Assembly: GCF_963921235.1 (NCBI RefSeq) | Contig: NC_086097.1 | Coordinates: 157,668,001 to 157,732,000 of the forward strand | Source of the DNA: Mobula hypostoma | Taxonomy: Eukaryota | Direction: 5' to 3' | DNA: 64,000 nt | Part shown: piece after piece, positions 51,585 to 62,669 of the stretch | How the letters are laid out: each line of letters opens with the position of its first letter | Position numbering within the stretch: the first letter of the stretch is position 1 | Notes under the pieces: model-generated | Database searches by the model: none | Seen by the model: the letters and a program-made list of their open reading frames with translations, nothing else | What the model was told of the DNA's origin: nothing | Position numbers and translations under genes: made by a program

Positions 51585-51900
51585 GCTGGCACCATAGTAG
51601 CATAGCGGTTAGTGTGACACTATTACAGCGCAGGGCGTTCCAGAGTTCAGAGTTCAATTCCAGTGCTGTTCTGTAAGGCATCTCTGTACATCCTCCTTGT
51701 GGAATGCATGGGTTTTCTCCAGGTCCTCTGGTTTCCTCCCACAGTCCAAACGCATACCAGGTAGGTTAATTTGTCATTGCAAATCGTCCCGTGATAGATT
51801 TGGGTTAATCGGTTAGTTGGGGGCGGCTGGGGCAGTATGGCTCAAAGGATCATAAGGGTCTACTGTGTGCTGTATCACAAAGTAAAATAAATTAAATAAT
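51585..51900 (+). mobile_element. tRNA-derived V-domain SINE (same family as 21715-22016)
   Basis: ggcaccatagtagcatagcggttag, gagttcaattcc, ggtttcctcccacagtccaaa...aggttaatttgtcattgcaaat. Confidence 0.82.
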
Positions 51901-54900
51901 AATGTTGTGACTTTGTTGGTTTAAATTGCTGAACTACCTCATATGGGAAATACTACTTCCCTCCTTCAGTAGGGTGCTGATTGCTACTAAGGTTAGATGC
52001 TTATTTGTCAATGTCCACGTTATTTAAATTTCAAACCATTTTCCATACAGTACAAACAAACAATTTTGAAACTTGCTCTTCCTTCCTTTGGAATCACAAG
52101 GCCATCACACAACGATTATTTCTTTTCTGCTTACTGCATCTACAGTAAACATCAAGTCTGTATCAACCAGCCAAGTTCCTCCTCTCCACAAACTGCCACT
52201 GTGGGATGGCCTAGCTTAGCCCTGGCGGAAGGGTCAATTAGGAGTTGCCAACTGGAATTTGGTGGAGCATCCAACAAACTTTCTGTTCGAGTTAACAGAT
52301 TTAGGTAACTGAACTAAATCCATCGACTGCACAGGTGTTTTAGGGATGTTTGTTGCCTAATTGGAGACCTTTGCAAAACTGATCTAGCAAGAAAAAAGCC
52401 ATACGTCAGTGTGCAATGCATTGTTCTGTCTCTAAATTGCATTCACAGAATCCTTTGTCAGGATGTTTCATCTAATCAATGTATATTGTACATGATGCTT
52501 TCTTTCAATCATTCTCTGCCCAATTAATGTATTGAAACGAGTGAATTTAATATCATTATTTCAAAATTCTTCCTCTTTTCTTTGAGTGACATACTGTATG
52601 TAGTCAATGGTGTAAGTCTTTCAGTCTTGTTTTTATCCACGATAACTTTTTCTTAGTGTGATAACACAGATATAACTTAGGATATGTGACAGTATCATTA
52701 CTAGAGTGCTGGCGCACTTCACAATAAATCGGGAATATTGGAGCAGAGACTTCTGAAGAGAATGTATAAGGAGCGTATGTCTGATAACTGAGATACCAAC
52801 ATCCAGCCTCTTCACAGTTCAGTGTAGAGACCCAACAAAGCAGCATGTCAGTTTCTTCTAATCCAAGATTTTAATCACTGCTAATATCCCTTATATCTCT
52901 TTGACTACCAGTCAGACTTTCAAACATTTCAAAGTTTGGTTGCTATGAATATTTTAATGAGAACATACCTCAGATTTTAAAGAATTTTGTTCTTTCTTTC
53001 CTCACTGTCCACATAACTTAAGCTACAAATCAAAGTGACACAAGCATTCAGAGTTCCATTTTGTTTTTCTTTCCTTTGCAACAAGGTTATGCTTGCTCAC
53101 TCCACAGCTGTGCAAGATGAAGACTAAGGTTATGTTCTAACCTGATAGCAATATAAAATTCAAAAGTGTATACTAGTTCATGAAGGATGATGACTTCAAG
53201 TTAAAGAATTGGATTAAAGAATGTAAGTTCATACTTTGTACTCAATCAATCACAGGGAAGTTGCACATGGTGCATCACTGGACCTCAGCATACAGCACTT
53301 CCAGAATTTTCTAGTCTTCCTGGCTCAACCAATTTTAACAACATTTTAGCGTGCACTAACAAACTGCATGGTATTTCAAAAATTAGACTATCTGACAGGT
53401 TAAGTAAATCTGTAAAACTGACCCTCTATAATGAAACAATGCTGATATTTATCATAATACAATTTTCATAAGCTATTCTTCTGTCCCCCCTTTGGCCAAA
53501 TTGTTTAATTATAATTTGTATCAAACCCACCCAATATGGCAATTGATTACATTAAGCATATGTGTCAAGAGCTTCACCAATCATTTTAGATACATAAAAC
53601 ATATTACGATAAAATCTCGTTGGCTGTGTCTGCCGTAAAAGCACAACAAACTTGCTTTCTTTTGTTGTTCCAAATGCCCATTTTCAAGGAAACTAGCGTA
53701 ATAAAAAAAAGGAAATGAATTAGAATTTTTTCCCCAACCAGCCACTACCACTTTCAAGAACTGCTCCTGGAAATTACTACTAGAGAGTAAACACAAACAG
53801 TTTCAGAAAATAAATCCCTTCTTTTATGTTTTTCAGATTAAAATATTACCAGATTTTACAGAAGCAGGGGACAAGTTGCTGCCAGAAACCATCACCAATC
53901 AACAACTAACACAAAAAAACCCATCTGCAGTTAGCACCCAGGAGCCAAGAGTGTACAACAGTCAAATACGAGCAGGATTACCACAAAATTAAAGGAAAAT
54001 CTGTGCTGGTAGTCTTAATTTCCCAAAATTAGAAGATGTGTGTCAAATTGATAGTGATTTCTCATTATTAACTCATCCAATTGTTGTGCTTATCTTATCA
54101 GTGCTGTCAAGTAAATAACTCTTTTTGCCTGCTCAGTCTTCAATGCACTATTGCTAATAAATTAAATTAGCTTTTAGCAGGTGATTGCTTCCTATAATCA
54201 GACTCCACACATTTCACTTGCTGGCTACCTTTGGACTTCTCCTATTAAAGTCTGGAGTCCAATGGAACCAAAAACAATTCCTTACATCCTCCTGAGCTCT
54301 TCATCTACGCCAAACTAGCTTTCTTAAAGATATTCTTCAAACCCAAGGGGATCCTGCTGGAATATATTTCTTAGTGCAGAAGTTCTGTAACACACATAAA
54401 AAACATTGAAATTCCAGTAAGGCAAACCTTCAGTCTGACTCCGTAATTTACAAAAATTTCATTCCATAAAGCCTGCCTATATCTCCTATACCTGCAAAAT
54501 GAGAGGATCTCCCTTTATGAACTGCAAGGCAAAACTTGCAAGGAGACCAAAATTAAAACTTTAGCAACACCATGTGCACAAGATTCAACACTCAAAACAA
54601 ATACAAAATACCACATAAAGGCAGACATTCACATGCAAACTAACAGCATGCTCATTCCACATCACTGAAAGCATTACGTTTACAGGTTAGGTTAATGCTT
54701 GCCTAAAAGTCAAGAATACTTAGCAAACACTTCAAATGTTTGCACAGGAACTTCACTGAATAACGGTTACAAGACAAAGACAACCTTTCCCTGGCTACAT
54801 CTCATGACTATTTAACTAACTGTTCCCTCACTTGGCTGATCTGCTGTTTATTTGTACTGTCCTAGAGTTTGAAATTGAAAGTTTACATGACCAATGACAT

Positions 54901-55192
54901 GCAGAAGTTGTCCAGAATATGTATCCCAGTATACCATGCTAACGTGCATCAACATATGAACTATGCCATCCCCAGACACTTAGTCACAGTTCTAACTTGT
55001 CAAATGGCTTCACTGTGTCCTTCTCTGACATGATATGGTACGACTTTTTTCTCCAGTGGAACCAGATTGCTTTAAAAACGTCTACATTTTCCTGAACTAT
55101 TTCATCCATAGCTTTAAGCTACTCTTCACGAATTCATGAAGAGTATGGGATATTTTTGAATAGCTGTCTGATCCAACTGGTAAAATAAAACA

Positions 55193-55362
55193 ACACACAT
55201 CAAAGTTGCTGGTGAATGCAGCAGGCCAGGCAGCATCTCTAGGAAGAGGTACAGACAACGTTTCGGGCAGAGACCCTTCATCAGGACTGCCTGCTGCGTT
55301 CACCAGCAACTTTGATGTGTGTTGCTTGAATTTCCAGCACCTGCAGAATTCCTCGTGATTAC
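55193..55362. mobile_element. Fold-back Penelope-type insertion with a hammerhead and a 14-bp TSD
   Basis: TSD ggtaaaataaaaca (55179-55192, 55363-55376); inverted arms 55191-55225 and 55290-55324; minus-strand CAGUC-CUGAUGA-AGGGUCUCUGCCC-GAAAC-GUU-GUCUG. Confidence 0.85.
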
Positions 55363-55549
55363 GGTAAAATAAAACACCGAGTTTTCTTTTTCAGTGAATT
55401 CAGAAAATTATACCCATAATTGCATTTATTAACAGTTTATATTATGGTAAACAAAATTAGAATAATCAAAGTTGCAAGTATTTGTACAACTACTTGGAGC
55501 AAGTATTATCATTCAGATTTTTTTATTGGAAAATCTTCCCTGATGGAAC

Positions 55550-55815
55550 ATGGCATGGTAACATAACGGTTAGGGAAACGCTTTACAGTGCCTGTGACCC
55601 GGGTTCAATTCCCACCACCATCTGTAAGGAGTTTGTACGTTCTCCTCATGGCCGCTCTGGTCTCTTCCCACAATCCAAAGGTACACAGGTTAAGGGTTAG
55701 CAAGCTGTGGCCATATGAGGTTGTCGGAAACACCGCAACACTCTTTGACAAGAGTGATGCATTTCACTATGTTTCAATGTAAGTGTGACAAATAAAGTTA
55801 ACTTTTATCTTTTAA
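55550..55815 (+). mobile_element. tRNA-derived SINE
   Basis: ggcatggtaacataacggttag, gggttcaattccc, ctgtaaggagtttgtacgttctcc; tail gtgacaaataaagttaac. Confidence 0.75.
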
Positions 55816-55824
55816 TCTTGTAGC

Positions 55825-56352
55825 TTGCTGGCTGCAGCTTGTTCACAATGCAGCAGCAAGAATCTTAGCTAAAAAAAAGAGAATCTGAGCAAATTTCACT
55901 GGTTTTGACATTATTTCACTGGTTGCCTGCGCCCTTTAGGATCATTGTTAAAATATTCTTAATTGTATATAAGGCTGTGAATAATCTAGCATCTCTGTAT
56001 ATTTTGGAGTATCTATCCCCTTACATTCTGAATCATAATCTTAGATCTGCGAATACTGGCTTGCTTAGTGTTCCTAGAGCCATACAGATAAGAACTGGTG
56101 ACGCGGCCTTTTGCTCCTACGCACCAAAAATCTGGATTACTCTACCTGTCTGTTGATGTTGATTACATTTATATAATTTGGTATATTTGATTACATTTTA
56201 TTCCATATAATATTTGTCTTTACTTAGATTTTTAATTCTATCTTGTATTTTAATGACTATAGTGTTTACCATTACAATCTGTGTAAAACATTTTGAACTT
56301 GCATCTTAATGTATGCAAAGGTGCTATATAAAGTTATTATTATTATTATTAT
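55825..56352 (+). mobile_element. L2 LINE 3' fragment
   Basis: LQLVHNAAARIL...FHWLPAPFRIIVKIFLIVYKA...RTGDAAFCSYAPKIWITLP; (TTA)n tail. Confidence 0.82.
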
Positions 56353-56474
56353 TTATCTTCAGATATGAAGGGTGGCAAACTGGTGAAGATCAATTAAAAC
56401 ATGTGAAAATTGCTCTGAATAGTCACGTTTAACAAGGCTGTCCTGTCCTTCACCTCTAGGTGACCTGCTATAAA

Positions 56475-56701
56475 GGGGGGGAACGTCGACTCAGACAATG
56501 AGAGGACTGTGTGGGACATTTTCATGCCTTACAAGGCGCAGATTGGAAGTCTGTGTGGGGCGCCACTCCTCACACAGACAATAGAGCAATGTGTGATTAA
56601 GTGCTTTGCTGAAGGACATAAACACGCTGCCACAGCTGAGGCTTGAACTAGCAACCTTGAGATCACTAGACGAACGCCTTAACCACTTGGCCACGTGCCC
56701 A
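56475..56701 (-). mobile_element. tRNA-derived SINE with a 7-bp TSD
   Basis: Minus strand gggcacgtggccaagtggttaagg (A box), ctagttcaagcc (B box), tgtccttcagcaaagcacttaatcac core; TSD ctataaa (56468-56474, 56702-56708). Confidence 0.8.
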
Positions 56702-57009
56702 CTATAAAATCAGTGAAAATGTCTTAGAAACCAAACTGAGAAATCAAATGATTTCATTATTTTATATGAAAAGCTTTCTAATTCCTCTGTGGTGAAGAAA
56801 TTGAGAACAATTTTTAGAGTTCTGTTCCAGGCCGAATTAAAAGCTTATGGATTCATCCCCAATGTTTTGTTAGTCTGGTCTATTCTGACAAGGCTGGGCA
56901 GATGCTATAGTATGAGCAAATATTAACATTGCCCCTTGCCAAACTTGGGTTATTAGGAAATGACACTTTAAATGCATCAGTGTATCTCAGCAGTATTTAT
57001 TAAATTGGA

Positions 57010-57500
57010 AAATTCATAAATTGGTGTATTATTGTCACATATACCAAGTAACAGTGAAAAAGTTGCCTTGCATACCATTCATTCAGATCAATTCATTACA
57101 AGAATGTCTATATTTTTATGACATTTACAGCCATGTAGACATTTTTATTACCAATGAGGTAATAAAAGGTAAACAATAATAGAGTGTAGGATAAAGTGTT
57201 ACAATTACAGAGAATGTGGAGTGCAGGTAGAAAATAAGGTACAAGATCATAATGAGGTAGATTGTAAGGTCAATTCCAGTTTATTATGCTAGGGAAGCTA
57301 CAATAGTCTTATAACTGCAGGACTGAAGCTGTCCTTGAGCTTATTGGTATGTGCTTTCAGCCTTTAGTATTATCTGCCAAATTGGAGGGGGCAGTAGAAA
57401 GAATGTACATGGTGAGTGGAGTCTTTGATTATCGAGTCAGCAAGAAGTGTACACAGAGTCGCTGGAGGAGGGTCTGCTGTCCGTGATGTACTGAGCAGAT
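57010..57500 (-). mobile_element. LINE-related 3' repeat (second copy at about 37970-38181)
   Basis: tattattgtcacatataccaagtaacagtgaaaagttgccttgcatac...agatcaattcattaca...gtgcaggtagaaaataaggt, shared with 37980-38180. Confidence 0.55.
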
Positions 57501-58014
57501 AATGCTGACTTGGCACACGTGACATAAGTCCTGCAGTGCAATTCTAGCTACAAACTCAATAGTGGAAATACTGTTTCAGATTTGATGTCAGTATGCGAAT
57601 AATTGCTGAATTCCACTATAAATCCACATAATGGAGGCACCATTAATTTTTACAGAATAGTCTTTCTGCATGACACCTATTATGCAGCCACATAAAACTT
57701 CCATATATCCCGAACATGGTATGAATCCACTGCTCCTTAGGCTCTTAGTCAGCTGTATACAGTACTTACAATCTGAAATTACCTCCTACCAAAAGACCAA
57801 ACTCAGCATAGACCATTATTTTATTTTGAATAAGTTTAAAGCACAAATAGATGCCTGAAATAAGTTTTCACTTGTTTGATTTAGTGTGGTGACTTGGATG
57901 CATTTTTCCACTTTGTATCCCTCTTCTTTCCCCTTTGCCGGCTGTGAGCACTTACTACCAGTGACAACCCAGTGTCCTGACATGATCAGTGCCATTGTCA
58001 CTGCCAATGTCCAT

Positions 58015-58460
58015 ACAGAAGCAGAATAGGGTTTAATATCACTGGCATGCGTTGTGAAATGTGTTAACTTAGCAGTACAAAGCAATACATGATAAATATA
58101 GAAAAAATTCAAAAAATGAATTACACTAAGTATGTATATTTATATTAAATACTTAAATTTAAAAATGGTAGTGCAGAAACAGGAATAATAAAAGTGAGTT
58201 AGTGTTCATGGGTTCAATATCCATCTGGAAATCGGATGGCAGAGGGGAAGAAGCTGTTCCTGAATTGCTGAGTGTGCGGCTTCAGGCTTCTGTACCTCCT
58301 TCCTGATTGTAACAATGAGAAGAGGGCATGTCCTGGGTGATGGGGGTCCGTAATAACAGACGCCGCCTTTCTGAGGCACTGCTCTTTGAGGATGTCTTGA
58401 ACACTGCAGAGGCTAGTACCCATGATGGATCTGACTAATTTGACAACTTCAGTCTGGATG
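58015..58460 (-). mobile_element. Rex1/Babar 3' fragment
   Basis: ORF 58214..58486 CLRKAASVITDPHHPGHALFSLLQSGRRYRSLKPHTQQFRNSFFPSAIRF. Confidence 0.85.
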
Positions 58461-58571
58461 TCTTCCACTGGGCCACATTTCCTCATTGCCTAGTCACCCA
58501 CCTTCTCTCTCAGACACTCTTACTGACAGCAGCAATGCACAAAATGCTGGAGGAATTCACTGGGTTAGGCA

Positions 58572-59448
58572 TGTGACAAGAATACACATAGATTAAGATG
58601 TAGCTGCCCTGTGCTGGCACCAGTGGGATCAGCAGTTGGTCTGCCACCTGTCTTCAGGAGAGAGAGAGATAAGGAAAACAATGGAGCAGCATTTGGAGAT
58701 GTGTAATGAAGGGACGGGAGAGAGAGCTGTCTGGAGCGGCTCCCCCTTTGAACCCTGAACTGTTTGAAGTGATGGACAGGCGATACCCCAGCAGGGGGAT
58801 AAAAAGGGACAGGTTCGCTAAGGCAGGACACACACACGACACCCGAGGTAACGAGACCCTGGAAGCGGTGCGTCTCCCACAAGTCAGTGGGAAGTTTTGG
58901 AAGGCCGGTTGCGGGACCGGGCCATAGACGCACAGGGTGGAAAGGCACGATCGGCGGGAACCTGGTGTGTGTCCACCCTTGCCTGGGTGCCAGGTTCACT
59001 GCAGGGAAACGATCGTATCTGGAAACGGAGGGGTCACGGTCGGTGACCTCAGATGACATCACAGAGGACTCGCCCGAAAGCTGACTGCTAAGGTCTGTGT
59101 GGAAGCCTTGAATATTCATTCGTTTTGCTCTCTCTCTCCTTCCCCCCACTGTCCATCGCCACGGCAGCGATTACTGCGAACTGAACTGAACTAAATTGAA
59201 CTGAACTTTGCGTCACTTTGAAACTGGTCATTTACCCTTAGACAACGATAGAGCTTGATTGATCCTGTTATCTTAATTCTGTGTACATGTATGTTTATCA
59301 CTGCTGAACTGTTGCATTCATTATCCTTTTGATTAGAGTACTGTGTTGCTTGTTTCGTTAATAAAACTTACTTAGTTCTAGTAATCCAGACTCCAACTGA
59401 GTGATCCATTTCTGCTGGTTTGGCAACCCAGTTACGGGGTACGTAACA
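58572..59448 (+). mobile_element. Solo LTR (877 bp), probably Gypsy-type
   Basis: TGTGACAAG...GTACGTAACA termini, 4-bp TSD ggca (58568-71, 59449-52), TATA-like gataaaaagg near 58800, AATAAA 59360-59365; splits a Penelope-type remnant. Confidence 0.85.
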
Positions 59449-59842
59449 GGCAGCAACTATGGAAGGAAATGGGTGGTCAATGTTTTCATTTAAAACTATT
59501 CAACTGCTGTCGACCCAAAATGTGAAATGCCCATTTTCCTTCCATGGACATTGCCTGACCAGTTTTGAGCAGCTGGTGAAAGACAGCCTAATAGCTTTCC
59601 TGTGGCCTGAAATCCGTATCATAACTAACTGCTTCTCACTGCTATTAAAATCAAAGCTCACATACACCCTTGTTCACCCTTAGCCATAAATCTCCCCCAG
59701 TGCAGCAGGTTTTTACTTCCAATTCCTCACCTGGCCTTTTCTCAACCATCCTCTCTACTCATATCTCCTTTCCCTTGATTATCTTCTTTTCGTTTTAATT
59801 CCTGCCATCGCCCCATCTTCTCTCCTATCCCAAGTTCACCCA

Positions 59843-59940
59843 ATTTTCATTTCATGCACCCCTCTCTTCCTGGTTACCCCCTTTTCATTTCATGTACCCT
59901 TCTCTTCCGGTTTACCCCTTTTCATTTCACGCACCCCACT
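59843..59940. repeat. Short pyrimidine-rich tandem repeat, ~37-38-bp unit, about 2.5 copies
   Basis: ttttcatttcatgcacccctctcttcctggttacccc repeated. Confidence 0.7.
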
Positions 59941-61053
59941 CCTCGTTATTTTACCCTCAGTCACCTCCTTTGCTCCACTCCAACCCAGTATCATCTTAGT
60001 TAAAACAGTGATATTTTTATATGAACCTATTTCATCTGCTTTCTATTTCTATAGAATACCAAGGGAAGTTCACTCATTTTCAAAAATTGCCTGAGTAAAA
60101 TTGAAGTACTGCAGGACAGGAACACAAATACTAAATTAATGTCACTTAGTCTGTCCAAATGCAAGGTGTTTTTATTGCACACACATTACCAACTTATCTT
60201 TTAACATTACATTTCTGCTACTCAGAAAGGTCACAGTGTTATTAATGCATTAGAACTGGAGCAATAATCACCTCAACCCACAATTATAGATCACCTTTTC
60301 TATTCTCCCTCTAATGGTAATAGGTGCTTGGGGAGACTATTGAAAAAGGAAATTGCTGTAATTTCCTTCAATTGTAATCAATATTTCTTAGCATTGGTTT
60401 GATAGTTTCTATACATCTAAAAATTTGAGACACTTAACTTGAGCAGCTACAAAATAGTGTGTTTGAAAATTATGGAACTGACGTCACAGGTGCAACAAAA
60501 GTATACAAAAAGAATGTCTTAAAGACATTCAAACCAATGTTTCCTTGGGTTAATTTTCAGGAAACTCAGGCCATCATCAAAATGGTGTAAAATTATCTCC
60601 TTTCCTCTGCTAAACTGTGTACCTCAGAGGCAGGGCCTGCTCAGACTGAGATTCTTCATCAGTCACAGACATATAAACAATAAACAACATTCATAATTAT
60701 GACCTGGAAACAAAAATTACTGCCGTGGAGCCCCCATGTACATGGAACACTTTTCTCTAACAGTTGCTCTCCAGAGTAGCTTACCCTTAAGGTTGCTACA
60801 TATAATAAGGTAAAAACATTAAATTACTGGTACAGGTGAAGGCTTGAACCTACAGGTACTTTGACGAATGAGAAGGGACTTGACTGAAACACCCTGAGGA
60901 TCCTTGAAAAAATGGATGTGGAGAGGATATTTTCTACTCTGATTGTGACAAAGCAGGCTTGATTCACATTCCTGCTCCTATCTCGTACTTTCATGTGTGT
61001 AAGAGGCATTCTACACTTACCCAAAAGTGTAAGTAACATTTAAGCAACCCAGG

Positions 61054-61148
61054 CAAAATGCTGGAGAAACTCAGCAGGGCTGCTGAGTTCCTCCAGTATT
61101 TTTTGTGATTTGCTTTGATTGCCAGCATTTGCAGATTTTCTCTTGTTT
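61054..61148. mobile_element. Fold-back Penelope-type fragment
   Basis: aaaatgctggagaaactcagcag-gg-ctgctgagttcctccagtatttt hairpin, followed by ccagcatttgcagattttctcttgttt. Confidence 0.7.
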
Positions 61149-61172
61149 GTAACTAATATTTAAGAACACTTT

Positions 61173-61798
61173 AGACCATAAGACCATAAGATTTAGGAGC
61201 AGAATTAGGCCATTTGGCCCACTGAGTTTATTCCGCCATTTCATCATGGCTGATTCAATTCCCTCTAAGCCCCAATCTCCTGCCTTCTCCCCGTAACCCT
61301 TCATGCCCTGACTAATCAAGAACCTATCAACCTCTGCCTTAAATACACCCAACGATTGGGCCTCCACAGCAGCCTGTGGCAATGAATTCCACAGATTCAC
61401 GACTCTCCTGCTAAAAGGAATTCCTCCTCATCTCTGTTCTACATGGATGTCTCTCTATTCTGAAGCTGTGTCCTCTGTTCTTAGAATCCCCCACCATAGG
61501 AAACATCCTCTTCACGTCCTCTCTTTCAAGGCCTCTCAACATTAGTTAGGTTTCAATGAGATACCCCCTCATTCTTCTGAATTCCATTAAGTACAGGTTC
61601 AGAGCCTTCAAATGCTCATCGTATGCCTTTCAATCCCAGAATCGTTCTTGTGAACCTCCTTTGAACCCTCTCCAATGTTAGCACATTCTTTCTTCGATAA
61701 AGTAGTAAAAACTGTTCATAATACTCCAAGTGAAGCCTCACCAGTGACTTACAAAGACTCAACATTTCACTACTGCTTTTAAATTGTATTCCTCTTGA
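61173..61798 (-). mobile_element. CR1 LINE 3' portion (older copy)
   Basis: Tail agaccataagaccataagatttaggagcagaattaggcc; ORFs NLWNSLPQAAVEAQSLGVFKAEVDRFL and KSLVRLHLEYYEQF. Confidence 0.88.
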
Positions 61799-62669
61799 AA
61801 TAGACAATAGACAATAGACAATGGGTGCAGGAGTAGGCCATTTGGCCCTTTGAGCCAGCACCGCCATTCACTGTGATCATGGCTGATCATCCACAATCAG
61901 CACCCCATTCCTGCCTTCTCCCCATATCCCTTGACTCCACTATCATTAAGAGCTCTATCTAAATCTTTGTTGAAAGCATCCAGAGAATTGGCCTCCACGG
62001 CCTTCCGAGGCAGAGCATTCCACAGATCCATAACTCTCTGGGTGAAAAAGTTTTTCCTCAACTTCGTTCTAAATGGCCTACCCCTTATTCTCAAATTGTG
62101 GCCTCTGGGGTTCTTGACTCCCCCAACATCGGGAGCATGTTTCCTGCCTCTAGCATGCCCAATCCCTTAATAATCTTATATGTTTCAATCAAGATCCCCC
62201 CTCATCCTTCTAAATTCCAGTGTATACAAGCCCAGTTGCTACAATCTTTCAACATATGACAGTCCTGCCATCCTGGGAATTAACCTCGTGAACCTACGCT
62301 GCACTCCCTCAATAGCAAGAATGTCCTTTCTCAAATTTGGAGACCAAAACTGTACACAATACTCTAGGTGTGGTCTCACCAGGGCCCTGTACAACTGCAG
62401 AAGTACCTCTTTGCTCCTATACTCAACTCCCCTTGTTATGAAGGCCAACATGCCATTAGCTTTCTTCACCACCTGCTGTACCTGCATGCTTACTTTCAGT
62501 GATTGATGAGCAAGGACACTTAGATCTCATTGTACTTCCCCTTTTCCTAACTTGACACCGTTCAAGTAGTAATCTGCCTTCCTGTTCTTGCCACCAAAGT
62601 GGATAACCTCATATTTATCCACGTTAAACTGCATCGGCCATGAATCTGCCCACTCACCCAACCTGTCCA
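61799..62669 (-). mobile_element. CR1 LINE (younger, nested in the previous CR1), interrupted by an LTR at 62670
   Basis: Tail (tagacaa)n; ORF 62239..62487 VKKANGMLAFITRGVEYRSKEVLLQLYRALVRPHLEYCVQFWSP. Confidence 0.92.

Noticed and set aside
58565..59149. 194-aa minus-strand ORF
   Set aside because: Lies within a GC-rich solo LTR and has no recognisable domain.
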